64,000 nt of DNA from Acidiferrobacterales bacterium (GTDB lineage: Bacteria; Pseudomonadota; Gammaproteobacteria; Acidiferrobacterales; SZUA-150): assembly GCA_947258385.1 (NCBI GenBank), contig CAMYII010000085.1, forward strand, positions 72,609-136,608, read 5' to 3'. Shown in pieces: positions 20,833 through 32,324 of this stretch (position 1 is the stretch's first letter; each line of letters opens with the position of its first letter). The notes beneath the pieces are model-generated. The model did not search any database. It worked only from the letters and a program-made list of their open reading frames with translations, and was not told where the DNA came from. The position numbers were made by a program, and so were the translations under genes.

Positions 20833-21456
20833 TCAGCCGGGCGAAGTGTTCCCGTGGGCAGGCATCTTGCGCATCGCGCCCACCAGCCGATAGCCCAGGA
20901 GCAGGGCAAGCACGAACGCATACATCAGCGGTTGCGCCAGATCGGATTTGACCAGCCACAGGAAATGCAGCACGCCGCCGCAGGCGATGAGATACACCAG
21001 CCGGTGCAGGCGCTGCCAGCGCCTGCCGCCCAGGCGTCTGATCATGGCACGGGTCGAGGTAACGGCCAGCGGGATCAGCATGAGAAAGCTGGCAAACCCG
21101 ACGGTGATATACGGACGTTCCAGCACGTCCTCGGCAATGGCGCCGGGCGAGAAGAACTGGTCCAGCCAGAGATACGTAGTAACGTGCAGACAGGCATAGA
21201 AAAAAGCGAACAGCCCCAGCATGCGGCGCAGGCGCTGCAGCCCCTGCCAGCCCGTGAGCCGGCGCAGCGGCGTCACCGCGAGCGTGATCAGCAGAAAGCG
21301 CAGGGTCCAGTCACCGGTATAGCGGCTGAGGGTCTCCACCGGATTGGCGCCAAGCTCCCCCCATATTCCGTTGCGCACCAGCCAGACGAACGGGACCAGG
21401 CAAGCAACAAACACCAGTGGTTTTAAGATCCAACGGATACGTTGGTTTTCGTTCAT
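20833..21456 (-). CDS. msrQ: protein-methionine-sulfoxide reductase heme-binding subunit MsrQ
   Basis: Aligns to E. coli MsrQ/YedZ (ANPVETLSRYTGDWTLRFLLITLAVTPLRR ... YLWLVKSD). Directly downstream of msrP. Confidence 0.88.
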   Translation of the reverse strand: MNENQRIRWILKPLVFVACLVPFVWLVRNGIWGELGANPVETLSRYTGDWTLRFLLITLAVTPLRRLTGWQGLQRLRRMLGLFAFFYACLHVTTYLWLDQFFSPGAIAEDVLERPYITVGFASFLMLIPLAVTSTRAMIRRLGGRRWQRLHRLVYLIACGGVLHFLWLVKSDLAQPLMYAFVLALLLGYRLVGAMRKMPAHGNTSPG

Positions 21457-21493
21457 GCCGCTCACCCACACACGCGATGACGACCTCGACGCG

Positions 21494-22468
21494 CTAGTAA
21501 TGCTTTTTCAGATCCATGCCGGCATACAGATGCGCCACCTGCTCGGCGTAGCCGTTGAACATGAGGGTCTCGCGCTTAGGACTGAACAGCGAGTCCTCGC
21601 CGATGCGTCGTTCGCGTTTCTGGCTCCAGCGCGGATGATCCACGTTGGGATTCACATTGGCGTAAAACCCGTATTCCTGCTGGGCCGCCAGGTTCCAGGT
21701 GGTCTTGGGCTGCGTTTCCAGGAATTGAATTTTCACGATAGACTTGATGCTTTTGAAACCGTATTTCCACGGTACCACCAAGCGGACCGGCGCCCCATTC
21801 TGCTTGGGCATGACCTCGCCGTACAGGCCGACACCGAGCAGGGTCAATGGATTCATGGCCTCGTCCATGCGCAGGCCTTCGACATAGGGCCAATCGAGCC
21901 CCGAACCGAGCAGGCCCGGGCGCTGACCCGGCATCTGCTCCGGATCATGAAGCGTCACAAAGCGCACATATTTCGCCCGCGAGGTCGGCTGCAGGCGTTT
22001 GATGACATCGGCCAGCGGGATGCCGACCCAGGGTACCACCATGGACCAGGCCTCAACGCAGCGCAGCCGGTACACCCGCTCCTCGAGCTTATGTGGCTTT
22101 AGCAGGTCATCGAACTCGTAGATGGCCGGTTTGGCGACTTCGCCCTCAACGGCAATCTTCCACGGCCGGGTCTTGAAATCCTCCGCCAGCCGGGCGACGG
22201 CCTGTTTGTTGGTACTGAACTCATAAAAGTTGTTGTAGCCGGTGACATCTTTATAAGGTGTCGGTTTCTCGTCGAGCACATAGCGACCCGTGTTGACACC
22301 GGTCAGTTTCTCGCCGGCCATGGCGAACGGCGATGCCAGCAGGCCCGGCGCGGCCAGCCCCGCGGCGGCCACGGCCGCCGCCTGCAGAAAGCGGCGGCGC
22401 TGCCGGTACAACGATTCGTCCGTGATGTCTGCCTCTTTAATGTCGGGTTTCTGTTTGATAAGCAACAT
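21494..22468 (-). CDS. msrP: protein-methionine-sulfoxide reductase catalytic subunit MsrP (molybdopterin)
   Basis: From the ATG at 22468. Tat signal [17 protein letters not shown], sulfite-oxidase-family core, and an E. coli YedY-like N-terminus. Confidence 0.92.
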   Translation of the reverse strand: MLLIKQKPDIKEADITDESLYRQRRRFLQAAAVAAAGLAAPGLLASPFAMAGEKLTGVNTGRYVLDEKPTPYKDVTGYNNFYEFSTNKQAVARLAEDFKTRPWKIAVEGEVAKPAIYEFDDLLKPHKLEERVYRLRCVEAWSMVVPWVGIPLADVIKRLQPTSRAKYVRFVTLHDPEQMPGQRPGLLGSGLDWPYVEGLRMDEAMNPLTLLGVGLYGEVMPKQNGAPVRLVVPWKYGFKSIKSIVKIQFLETQPKTTWNLAAQQEYGFYANVNPNVDHPRWSQKRERRIGEDSLFSPKRETLMFNGYAEQVAHLYAGMDLKKHY

Positions 22469-22725
22469 AGTCTCACTCCGCGGGCGCCGGCCGATCATGG
22501 CGAACCAAACCATCCGACTCGTACCGGCCTGATAAGTTCATCGGTGGTCATTATCCCCACACGCGACGTGACAAGGGTTCACCGTGCGGTCGCGGATTTA
22601 TCACTTTTCTATCACGGCGGGCGGCAAGCGGCGTTGACGCGCGACCCGATGCGCCGGCACCGGAACTTGCCGCCTGGTCGCCGGTCCTCACTATCTGGAC
22701 AAAGACAAATCTCTACCCGGGGGTA

Positions 22726-23541
22726 TTGATGACCACAAAGCGTTTTTGGTTATACCACGCGTTCGTCGCGACGCTTGCCTGCCTGTTTGCCGGGCCCGCG
22801 AGCGACGCGGACGACATAGCCTGTCATGCGGCGAGCCCGCCGCACAGGATCGCGCTGCTCGAGCTGTATACCTCGGAGGGCTGCAGCAGCTGCCCGCCGG
22901 CCGATGCGCGGCTGCGCCAGTTGCCTGCCAAGGGGCTCGATCAGACCAAAGTCATTCCGCTTAGCCTGCATGTGGATTACTGGAACACGCTCGGCTGGCC
23001 CGATCCCTATTCCGATGCCATGTACACCGAACGCCAACGCGAGCAGGTCCGGATCAACGGTCTGCGTACACTGTATACCCCGCAGTTCGTGCTGAGCGGC
23101 GAGGATTTCCGACCCTGGTCCTTCTGGGACCGGCTGCGAAAAAGGGTCGCCGAGATCAACCGCGTGCCGGCGCAGGCGGACATCCGTCTCGCGGCCTCCC
23201 TGGCCAAAACCGACCGCCTGCGCGTGAGCGGCGTCGCCCGCGCCCGCGATCCGTCCGCGCGGCAACGCATCCGCGCCTACCTTGCGCTGTACGAAAGCAG
23301 GCTGACAAGCGAAGTCACAGCGGGAGAGAACGCCACACACGTGCTGAACCACGACTACGTCGTACGGACACTCATCGGACCGCTCGCCTTTAACGCGCAG
23401 GGCGAGGCGGACCTGTCGCGGTCCCTGCGCCTGCAATCCGGATGGAAGCCGGAGCACTCCGGCGTCGCCGCCTTTGTGCAGCAGCTGGACACCGGAGAGA
23501 TATTGCAGGCGCTGGCGTTGCCGTTGTGCGCCGCGCGCTAG
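22726..23541 (+). CDS. secreted DUF1223-family thioredoxin-like protein
   Basis: Signal peptide, then LELYTSEGCSSCPPAD, characteristic of DUF1223. Confidence 0.78.
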   Translation: MMTTKRFWLYHAFVATLACLFAGPASDADDIACHAASPPHRIALLELYTSEGCSSCPPADARLRQLPAKGLDQTKVIPLSLHVDYWNTLGWPDPYSDAMYTERQREQVRINGLRTLYTPQFVLSGEDFRPWSFWDRLRKRVAEINRVPAQADIRLAASLAKTDRLRVSGVARARDPSARQRIRAYLALYESRLTSEVTAGENATHVLNHDYVVRTLIGPLAFNAQGEADLSRSLRLQSGWKPEHSGVAAFVQQLDTGEILQALALPLCAAR

Positions 23542-23565
23542 CGCCCGGCGCCGCCTGCCCGGCGC

Positions 23566-24450
23566 TTAGCGCTGTGCCTGCAGGGCCGCGATGCGTTCCT
23601 CCAGCGGCGGGTGGGTCATGAATAGACGCTTGATGCCGAGGCCACGACCGCCCGAGATACCGAAGGCCGCCATCTGGTCGGGCAGGTGCGGCTGCTCGAC
23701 GCCACGCTGCAGGCGCTGCAAGGCGGCGATCATCTTGTCCCTGCCCGCCAGCTTCGCCCCACCGGCATCGGCGCGGAACTCGCGCTGCCGGCTGAACCAC
23801 ATGACGATGATGCTGGCCAGGATGGCGAGGACGATTTCCGCGATAATGGCGGTGATCCAGAATGCCGGCCCATGCCCGCGCTCGGTCTTGAACACCACCC
23901 GGTCGACCACGTGGCCAATCACGCGCGACAACACGATCACGAAGGTATTGATCACCCCTTGGATCAGCGCCAGGGTGATCATATCGCCATTGGCGACATG
24001 ACTGACCTCGTGGCCGAGCACCGCTTCGGCCTCGTCCCGGTTCATGCCGCGCAGCAAACCGGTGCTGACCGCGACCAGCGCGCTGTTGCGGCGCATGCCG
24101 GTGGCAAAGGCGTTGACGTCCGGCGAATCGTAGACGGCGACTTCCGGCGCGCCGATCCCCGCGGCCTGCGCCTGCCGCCGGACCGTGCTCACCAGCCAGG
24201 CCTCGGTGTCCGTACGCGGCTGTTCGATGATCTGGGCGCCGGTCAGGCGCTTGGCGGTCCATTTGGAGAGCGCCAGCGAAATGAACGAACCGCCGAAGCC
24301 GAAGACCGCGGCGAAGATCAACAAGGCGCTCATATCCAGGTTGGTGCCGCTTTCATCCAGCAGGCGTTCGACACCGAGCAAACGCAAGGTGATGCTGAGC
24401 ACAATCAGAATGGCGAAGTTAGTCGCCAGAAAAAGAAAGACGCGTTTCAT
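23566..24450 (-). CDS. htpX: zinc metalloprotease HtpX
   Basis: 294 aa. [20 protein letters not shown]-terminus, [10 protein letters not shown] (HExxH), C-terminal THPPLEERI. Confidence 0.95.
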   Translation of the reverse strand: MKRVFLFLATNFAILIVLSITLRLLGVERLLDESGTNLDMSALLIFAAVFGFGGSFISLALSKWTAKRLTGAQIIEQPRTDTEAWLVSTVRRQAQAAGIGAPEVAVYDSPDVNAFATGMRRNSALVAVSTGLLRGMNRDEAEAVLGHEVSHVANGDMITLALIQGVINTFVIVLSRVIGHVVDRVVFKTERGHGPAFWITAIIAEIVLAILASIIVMWFSRQREFRADAGGAKLAGRDKMIAALQRLQRGVEQPHLPDQMAAFGISGGRGLGIKRLFMTHPPLEERIAALQAQR

Positions 24451-24499
24451 GACTTTTTATTTACCTCTTATCCCAATATCCCAACACGAGATGTCCAGT

Positions 24500-24527
24500 A
24501 GATGCGGGCGGGCGCCGGAAAGTTCAA
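24500..24527 (-). promoter_or_regulatory. weak candidate sigma-32 promoter for htpX
   Basis: Minus strand reads TTGAAC, about 12-13 nt of spacer, then GCCCGCATCT. This only partly matches CCCCATNT. Confidence 0.25.
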
Positions 24528-24808
24528 TGGGCCGGCCGGCTTGCCGCCAAAACGTCGCAGAACCCCTATCCGTCGCAGGGCGTTTGCGGACCGGCCGGCG
24601 TGCGCCGGCGTGCTGCCGGTCAGCCACACTGCGACTTTGATCGGAAGCTGCAAGCGGTAGCCCCCACACGCGGCTACCATAGGCCTGAACAGACGGCCGC
24701 GGTGCTCGCCCCAAAACATGATAAATTCCTCTATAATTATTATACCTATACTAATCTGACCACCGCGCCTCACGGCCTCTCGCAGCGAGAAAGCGATTCA
24801 TACATATA

Positions 24809-25987
24809 ATGAATGACACGCCCGTCAAAAACATGGATGCCAAACAGAAGGAGACCCTGATCTCGATGATCGGACTGTTCTTCATCGAAGAGCATGGACT
24901 GCTCAATGATTCCCAACTGGCCGACGCCAAGGCCAGTCTGCAGGCCCTGTTCCTGCACTCGAGCGGTGAGGAAACGATGCTGCACAAGCTCATCGGCATA
25001 CTGCGCACCAACAAGGCATTGAATCAGACGTTCAACGACATGGCCAAAATCATGGGCGGGATAGCGAGGGGCGCCGACACGATTGGCATGAAGATCGACG
25101 CCCTTAAGCAACAGCTCAAGGCGCTAAAGATCACCGCGGAAGAAAACGCGGATTTCGTCGGGCCGTTTCTGCGTTATTCCCATGAGCTGTACACCAAGGT
25201 GTTGGATTTCCGCCGGCTGATGCAGGCCTACCAGGGCACCAAGGAAAACGAGGCGCGTTACGCTAACATGTTTCGCATCGCCCAACACGTGCGCGCCCGG
25301 CTCAAGCAGCGACTTTCAGGGGAGCTAGGCGCCGACACAAAGGGCGAGCTGGAATCCCAAATCAAAGAGAAGGTCACCCAGACCTTTGACTTCGGGGAGA
25401 CCGAGGTGAACTACAACTACGCCAGACGGGAATCGAAAAGCAGCCAGAAAGAAATCCAGGCACTGCTCGATGAGCTGAAGGCCATGTGCCAGATGGTTAT
25501 GAACCCCAATATGCGGGAGACCAAGGGGGGGATTAAACTCCCGCGCAAGTCACCGTACGAAGATGTCTTCACCCTGCTCGCCGGCGCGTTACGCAAACAC
25601 CCCCGGCTGGATGCCATCAAGGGCCCGGTCCTGGAGCTGTTCCGCTTGTTCCAGTATTCCTACGGGCTGTTCAATCTCGACTTCCAGAAATTCAACAACG
25701 TGATCGAGCCGATGATGAATGACACGGATGCCTACTTCCAGGCCAAGGAAGAAGACGAGGACATTCAGTCGAAGAAAAGAAAGCTCGCGAAAATCGAGGG
25801 CTTGATCTCCTTTCTGGAGCACGCGGCGGGATTGCTGCAGGACAAAGAGACGCACACCTATCAGAAATTCTCCAAGAAACTCTCCGACACCGTTACCGCG
25901 GCCAGCTCGCAGTGGGTCAACATCAGCGAAGACCTCCTGCGCATGAAGATCAGCGCGGAGGCCGAGTACAGCACCCGTTTGGCCTAG
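24809..25987 (+). CDS. hypothetical alpha-helical protein (392 aa), no recognised domain
   Basis: Long uninterrupted ORF with Lys/Glu/Leu/Gln-rich helical composition, preceded by an AT-rich region with TATAAT at 24732-24737. Visibly lower G+C than the flanking genes. Confidence 0.7.
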   Translation: MNDTPVKNMDAKQKETLISMIGLFFIEEHGLLNDSQLADAKASLQALFLHSSGEETMLHKLIGILRTNKALNQTFNDMAKIMGGIARGADTIGMKIDALKQQLKALKITAEENADFVGPFLRYSHELYTKVLDFRRLMQAYQGTKENEARYANMFRIAQHVRARLKQRLSGELGADTKGELESQIKEKVTQTFDFGETEVNYNYARRESKSSQKEIQALLDELKAMCQMVMNPNMRETKGGIKLPRKSPYEDVFTLLAGALRKHPRLDAIKGPVLELFRLFQYSYGLFNLDFQKFNNVIEPMMNDTDAYFQAKEEDEDIQSKKRKLAKIEGLISFLEHAAGLLQDKETHTYQKFSKKLSDTVTAASSQWVNISEDLLRMKISAEAEYSTRLA

Positions 25988-26006
25988 ACCGCGCCGGAGA
26001 ACGGCG

Positions 26007-27395
26007 ATGAGGCACATCGATTTTCTGGTCATCGGCAGCGGGCCGGCCGGACAACGGGCCTCCATCCAGGCGGCCAAGCTCGGCAAACGCGTCGCGCTCA
26101 TCGAGCGTCGGCCCCTGGTCGGCGGGGTCGCCCTACATACCGGGACGATTCCGAGCAAGGCCCTGCGCGAAGCGATCCTTTACCTCACGGGCTGGGGACA
26201 ACGCGGGTATTACGGCCGCGATCACCGCCTCAAATCCGATATCACCGCGGCGGACCTCCGGCAACGCCTGGATGTTCCCATCCGCCACGAGGTGGAACTG
26301 ATTCGCGAACAGCTCAGACGTAACGGCGTGGAGCTGATCAAGGGCACGGCATCGTTCACCGGCAGCCATACCGTGCGGATACAGCCCCAGGACGGTGACC
26401 CGCTGGAGCTCGAAGCGGAGAAGATACTCATCGCCACGGGCACGCGGCCGCGGCGCCCGGATCACATTCCGTTCGATGATGAGACCGTGATCGACGCCGA
26501 CGGCATCCTGCAGCTGAACGGACTCCCGCGGACCCTCACCGTCATCGGCGCCGGCGTGATCGGCATCGAGTACGCCACCATGTTCAATACGCTAGACATC
26601 GAGGTGACCGTGGTCAATGAAAGTCCCACCATGCTCGGCTTCACGGATCATGAAATTCTCGATGAGTTCATGCACTACCAGCGCGATAACGGCATGGTCT
26701 TCCGCCTCGGCGAGAAAGTCGCGGAAGTCGTCCGTAATACCACCGGGAAAGTGGTCACCCGCCTGGCGAACGGCAGACAGATCCTCGCCGACGTCTTGCT
26801 GTTTGCCGCCGGGCGCACCGGTTGTACGGCCTCGCTCAATCTGGAGAAAGCCGGTCTCACGGCCGATGGGCGCGGCAACCTCAAGGTCGACGAACATTTT
26901 CGCACCGCCGTGCCCCATATCTACGCGGCCGGCGACGTCATCGGCTTTCCCAGCCTCGCCTCGACGTCGATGGAACAGGGACGGCTGGTGGCGCTGCACG
27001 CCTTTGGCGAACCCACCTATCAAGGCATGTCGCATATCCCCTATGGCATCTACGCGGTGCCGGAGATCAGCATGGTGGGCAAGACCGAGCAGGACCTGGT
27101 CAAAGAGGGCATCGCCTACGAGACCGGCCTGGCACGCTTCCGCGAAACCGCGCGCGGGCAGATTCTCGGCCTGCGCGAGGGGCTGTTGAAAATCCTGGTG
27201 GGCCTGGAGGATCGGCGCATCCTCGGCGTGCACATCGTCGGCGGGGGGGCGACGGAACTGGTCCATATCGGCCAGACGGCGATGATGCTGGGAGGCACCC
27301 TGGATTATTTCGTGAACAGCGTGTTCAATTACCCGACGCTGGCCGAGGCCTACAAGATTGCGGCACTCGACGCCTGGAACCGATTGCACCATTGA
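26007..27395 (+). CDS. sthA: soluble pyridine nucleotide transhydrogenase
   Basis: 462 aa, colinear with E. coli SthA. GSGPAGQ, GTIPSKALREA, VGKTEQDL and FNYPTLAEAYKIAALDAWNRL. Lacks the redox CxxxxC, as SthA does. Confidence 0.92.
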   Translation: MRHIDFLVIGSGPAGQRASIQAAKLGKRVALIERRPLVGGVALHTGTIPSKALREAILYLTGWGQRGYYGRDHRLKSDITAADLRQRLDVPIRHEVELIREQLRRNGVELIKGTASFTGSHTVRIQPQDGDPLELEAEKILIATGTRPRRPDHIPFDDETVIDADGILQLNGLPRTLTVIGAGVIGIEYATMFNTLDIEVTVVNESPTMLGFTDHEILDEFMHYQRDNGMVFRLGEKVAEVVRNTTGKVVTRLANGRQILADVLLFAAGRTGCTASLNLEKAGLTADGRGNLKVDEHFRTAVPHIYAAGDVIGFPSLASTSMEQGRLVALHAFGEPTYQGMSHIPYGIYAVPEISMVGKTEQDLVKEGIAYETGLARFRETARGQILGLREGLLKILVGLEDRRILGVHIVGGGATELVHIGQTAMMLGGTLDYFVNSVFNYPTLAEAYKIAALDAWNRLHH

Positions 27396-27407
27396 GAGGC
27401 AAGCCCA

Positions 27408-27785
27408 TTGACCCGTATCCGCATCTGCTCAGGCACAACCGCCATGATCGCAGAGCTCGACGATACCCCCACCGCGCGCCGGCTGCTGGCGGCGCTGCCC
27501 TGCGACTCACGCGCAAACACCTGGGGTGATGAGGTCTATTTTTCCGTGCCGATAAGCGCCGCGCTGGAAGCGGACGCGCAGCAAGTCGTCGAGCCCGGCA
27601 CGGTGGGTTTTTGGGTCGAAGGCAGCAGCCTCGCGATCCCATTCGGGCCGACCCCGATCTCACGAGGCGATGAATGCCGTTTGGCCGCACGGGTCAATGT
27701 GCTCGGGAAAATCCTCGGAGACCCCAGGGTGCTCGCAGCCGTTCGCGCCGGCGACGCCATCAGCGTTGAGGCGGCCGAGGAGTAA
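27408..27785 (+). CDS. cyclophilin-like fold protein
   Basis: TTG start. IRICSG..AELDDTPTARRLLAALP...NTWGDEVYFSVP matches the small cyclophilin-like family pattern. Confidence 0.72.
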   Translation: MTRIRICSGTTAMIAELDDTPTARRLLAALPCDSRANTWGDEVYFSVPISAALEADAQQVVEPGTVGFWVEGSSLAIPFGPTPISRGDECRLAARVNVLGKILGDPRVLAAVRAGDAISVEAAEE

Positions 27786-27797
27786 CGCCGGCCGTCG

Positions 27798-28871
27798 TCA
27801 ATTCGAGCCGGTCTCGTAGCGCTTTAAGAGTATGCCCTGCTCCCCGCAGCAGGACGCGGCGCATTGCTTGACCGCATGCAGGGTCTCGGCGTCCTGAGAC
27901 AGGTAGGCCGACAGCGGCAAATTTTCCGTGGCGCAGTCACATCCCTTGTCGTCTTGCACGTAGACGTTCTTAAGGCCGCCCGCGCGGGCCGCATCATGCG
28001 CGGCCCACATGACCGCCGCCGGCGTCTCCGGCAGATGCGCGAGCCGGTAGGCCGGAAAGAATTTCGTGATATGCCACGGGCTGTCGGCGCCGAGGTGATC
28101 GCGAATCCAGGCGGCAATCTCCCGCAGCATGGATGGATCGTCGTTCTTGCCGGGAATAATATTGGTCCGGGTCTCGACATGGATGCCTAGTTGTTTGGCT
28201 TTTTCGATGGACGCCAACACCTGCTCGACCCGCGCGACCTGGCAGATCTCCATGTAAAACCCGTCATCGAGGCTCTTTATGTCCGAGCACAGCACGTCCA
28301 CGTGCGGCGCCATGGCCACCAGCGCCGCCTCGGTCACAAAGCTGTTGGACACGTAAACGGTGTACAGCCCCGCGGCATGCGCCAGCTCTGACACGTCGAG
28401 CACGTACTCCAGCCACACCGCGGGCTCGGAATACGTAAAGGCAATGCCGTCAACGCCGTGACGCCGGGCACTGTCCACCAGCTCCTCCGGCGTTACGTAG
28501 GCGGAGGTGGACCGTCCGCGTGCCAGCTCGTCCAAGGCGCTGACACCCCAGGAGATCTCCAGATTGTGACAGCCGCCGCAGCGGAAATTGCAGCCGTAGC
28601 TGCCGATGGACATGACCTTGGTCCCCGGCCGGTAATGGCGCACCGGCTTACCTTCGATCGGCCCGATATCGATGGCGGACAAGATACCATAAGACAGGTT
28701 GTACAGGACCCCGTCGCGATTGACGTGGGCCTGGCAGAAACCGCGCTGACCGTGGCCGATCCGGCAATGCCAGAGACAGAGATTACAGCGCGTGGTCGCG
28801 TTGGCCAGCCGCTCCTGCAAGCGGGTTTCAACGAGCTGGTAGCGGCGCGGGGCAGAGCGGGTGATTTGCAT
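27798..28871 (-). CDS. radical SAM enzyme, PflA/AmmeMemoRadiSam-like
   Basis: N-terminal CNLCLWHC...GFC cluster, PIEGKPVRHYRPG, radical SAM box GCNFRCGGCHN (CxxxCxxC), plus a Cys-rich C-terminal tail (GCDC...CAASCC). Confidence 0.85.
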   Translation of the reverse strand: MQITRSAPRRYQLVETRLQERLANATTRCNLCLWHCRIGHGQRGFCQAHVNRDGVLYNLSYGILSAIDIGPIEGKPVRHYRPGTKVMSIGSYGCNFRCGGCHNLEISWGVSALDELARGRSTSAYVTPEELVDSARRHGVDGIAFTYSEPAVWLEYVLDVSELAHAAGLYTVYVSNSFVTEAALVAMAPHVDVLCSDIKSLDDGFYMEICQVARVEQVLASIEKAKQLGIHVETRTNIIPGKNDDPSMLREIAAWIRDHLGADSPWHITKFFPAYRLAHLPETPAAVMWAAHDAARAGGLKNVYVQDDKGCDCATENLPLSAYLSQDAETLHAVKQCAASCCGEQGILLKRYETGSN

Positions 28872-29209
28872 GGGTCATCACTGGATTTCGCCTAACTCTA
28901 GCCACGCCGCTTCCGGCGCGCAACCCCGCTATTACTAGGTGGATCCGGCATTCCTGCCCCGCGGCGGGCACGGAACGTCACTTTGCGGCTGCGGCGACCG
29001 ACGCCTGACGACACATGACGGGGGCGAGAACCCACGTGCCCACGCATTGGCCGGCGTAATGTTCTGAGATAAGTATCTGATTTTCCGAGGCTTGTTGTGA
29101 ACTGCTGGCGGCATTTCGGGTCCAAGGATCACGTGGCGTGAAATTTGCATATTTTTATAGTGGATAACAATATTGGGTGCATGACCGCGAACCGCGGTCT
29201 CTGTAACAT

Positions 29210-30496
<1,287 letters not shown>

Positions 30497-30673
30497 CGCC
30501 GATCCGTCGCTAAAAGCGCGCCGCACGGCTTCCTCCATCACAACACGCCCTGTTTTGTCGGGGTTTTCCCGGCCGTGCTTTGTGCGATAATCCGGCGTCG
30601 TTCGGCCGTCGGGATCAGTGTCGCGCCAGCGAACATATTCCAACTTGATTCATCAGCTTGAACGGGGAAAACC

Positions 30674-31102
30674 ATGTCTGACATCGAAATGGACCTCTCG
30701 AGCGGCCTTGCCGCCTTTGAGGCCAAACACTTCTCACGGGCCATGCAGCTGTTGTCGCCGCTGGCCGAGCAGGGCCACGCCGAGGCGCAGTATCGTGTGG
30801 CGATCCAGTTTCAAAACGGGCTGGGTATGGCGAAAAACGAGGCCAATGCGCTTGTCTGGATGCGCAAGGCCGCCGACCAGGGCCACGCACTGGCGCAACA
30901 CGGTCTCGGTTTCATGTACATGCACGGCGAATGTGTGGACAAAAACGAGGCGGAAGCGGCCAGGTGGTTTCGCATGGCGGCTGAACAGGGACTGTCGGGC
31001 TCGCAAATGACACTGGGCATGATGTATGAACAGGGTCTGGGCGTGGAGAAGAATACCGAAGAAGCCAGCAAATGGTACAAACTCGCCGAATCGGGCAATT
31101 GA
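30674..31102 (+). CDS. Sel1-repeat (TPR-like) protein
   Basis: Three Sel1 units: AEAQYRVAIQFQNGLGMAKNEANALVWMRKAADQGHALAQHGLGFMYMHG... Confidence 0.85.
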   Translation: MSDIEMDLSSGLAAFEAKHFSRAMQLLSPLAEQGHAEAQYRVAIQFQNGLGMAKNEANALVWMRKAADQGHALAQHGLGFMYMHGECVDKNEAEAARWFRMAAEQGLSGSQMTLGMMYEQGLGVEKNTEEASKWYKLAESGN

Positions 31103-31365
31103 TCCCGCGATGACCGCCGGAGGCTGCTCGTCCCGGCTTTGGTTGATGCCGCAACGCAGCGCGCGTATGCCGCAGGCCTGATACTCGTTAGCCCACCCCG
31201 GGAGTCCCAACCCGGCTCGCGCACTGGCGGCGCGCCGGCGAGTTGTTGATCGCCTCCCTTCCCGGCATTTGATCAATGTCATTGTCTTGCCCGTACACGC
31301 TGATCATAATGATACCGATCTGGCAGTGACGCTGGATCACTGGCACTAAATGGAGGAAATCTGCC

Positions 31366-31815
31366 ATGTCGGTTGGAGAATATTGTGTCCGTGACGTGGT
31401 CGTGATCGGCAAGGATGAGTCGGTACGCGAGGCGGCCAAACTCATGCGGGAGCACCACGTGGGCGATCTAATCGTGGTGGAGGATAAAGACGGTAAACGC
31501 GTTCCCGTCGGCATTCTGACGGACCGTGACCTGGTCGTGGAAGTACTCGCCCTGGACGTGGACATGGACGCCGTGTCCGCCGGGGACACCATGAGTTTCG
31601 AGCTCGTGACGGCCAAAGAAGATGATGATCTGCAGGAAACCCTTGCGCTCATGCGTCAAAAGGGCGTGCGCCGCATTCCCGTGGTCGATACCGAAGGCGC
31701 GCTCGCCGGGATCCTCACCGTCGACGATGTGATCGATGTGCTCGCCGAGGAGCTGAATGATTTGACCCGGCTGATCAGCCGCGAACAACTGCGGGAATAC
31801 CAGATCCGGCGATAG
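31366..31815 (+). CDS. CBS-pair domain protein
   Basis: 149 aa with two CBS motifs (...HHVGDLIVVED... and ...KGVRRIPVVDTEGALAGILTVDDV...). GGAGGA Shine-Dalgarno upstream. Confidence 0.85.
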   Translation: MSVGEYCVRDVVVIGKDESVREAAKLMREHHVGDLIVVEDKDGKRVPVGILTDRDLVVEVLALDVDMDAVSAGDTMSFELVTAKEDDDLQETLALMRQKGVRRIPVVDTEGALAGILTVDDVIDVLAEELNDLTRLISREQLREYQIRR

Positions 31816-31873
31816 ACCTCCGGTCGGCACCCTGTCGTGGACAGGCCGAAGGTCATGCCGGCGACACAGGCGA

Positions 31874-32296
31874 TTACCGGACCGCTTGCGCCAGGTCCCC
31901 GATGATTGTGCACACCACGGTGCGAGTGTTTCGAGGTCCGTCGAATTCGCAGAAAAAGACATTCTGCCAGCGGGACAGGCCGAGCCTCCCGCCGATCACA
32001 GGCAGGGTCTCCGACGGACCCACCAGCCCCGCCTTTAAGTGGGAATCCCCGTTACCGTCCTGCCTGTCGTGCAGCCAGACCCCCCTTGGGATCAGCTTCT
32101 GCAACAGATGGATCACGTCCGTCTGCACGCTCTCATCCCAGTTTTCCTGGATCATGAGGGCACCCGTCGCGCCCTGGGCGTACAAGGCCACCAGGCCATC
32201 CTGGACCCCGGATTCTTCGACCGCCGCTTGCACTTGCTGCGTGATATCGATCAACTGTTCGCGTTGATCCGTCGAAAATTCTATGATGCGTCTCAT
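31874..32296 (-). CDS. YjbQ/UPF0047-family protein (paralog 1)
   Basis: From the ATG at 32296 (140 aa). ...ALMIQENWDESVQTD...HLKAGLVGPSETLPVIGGRLGLSRWQNVFFCEFDG is typical of UPF0047. The track's longer 5' extension was rejected. Confidence 0.82.
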   Translation of the reverse strand: MRRIIEFSTDQREQLIDITQQVQAAVEESGVQDGLVALYAQGATGALMIQENWDESVQTDVIHLLQKLIPRGVWLHDRQDGNGDSHLKAGLVGPSETLPVIGGRLGLSRWQNVFFCEFDGPRNTRTVVCTIIGDLAQAVR

Positions 32297-32324
32297 ACAC
32301 ATTCTCCGCGAAGGTACCCCCCCA

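Noticed and set aside
22544-22729. 61-aa ORF between msrP and the DUF1223 gene.
   Set aside because: It lies in the divergent promoter region with no SD or motif, and it runs into the DUF1223 start.
28898-29150. Two small minus-strand ORFs (75 and 71 aa) in the radical SAM / HD-GYP spacer.
   Set aside because: They overlap each other in different frames, are Arg/Pro-rich, have no ribosome-binding sites, and sit inside a probable divergent promoter region.
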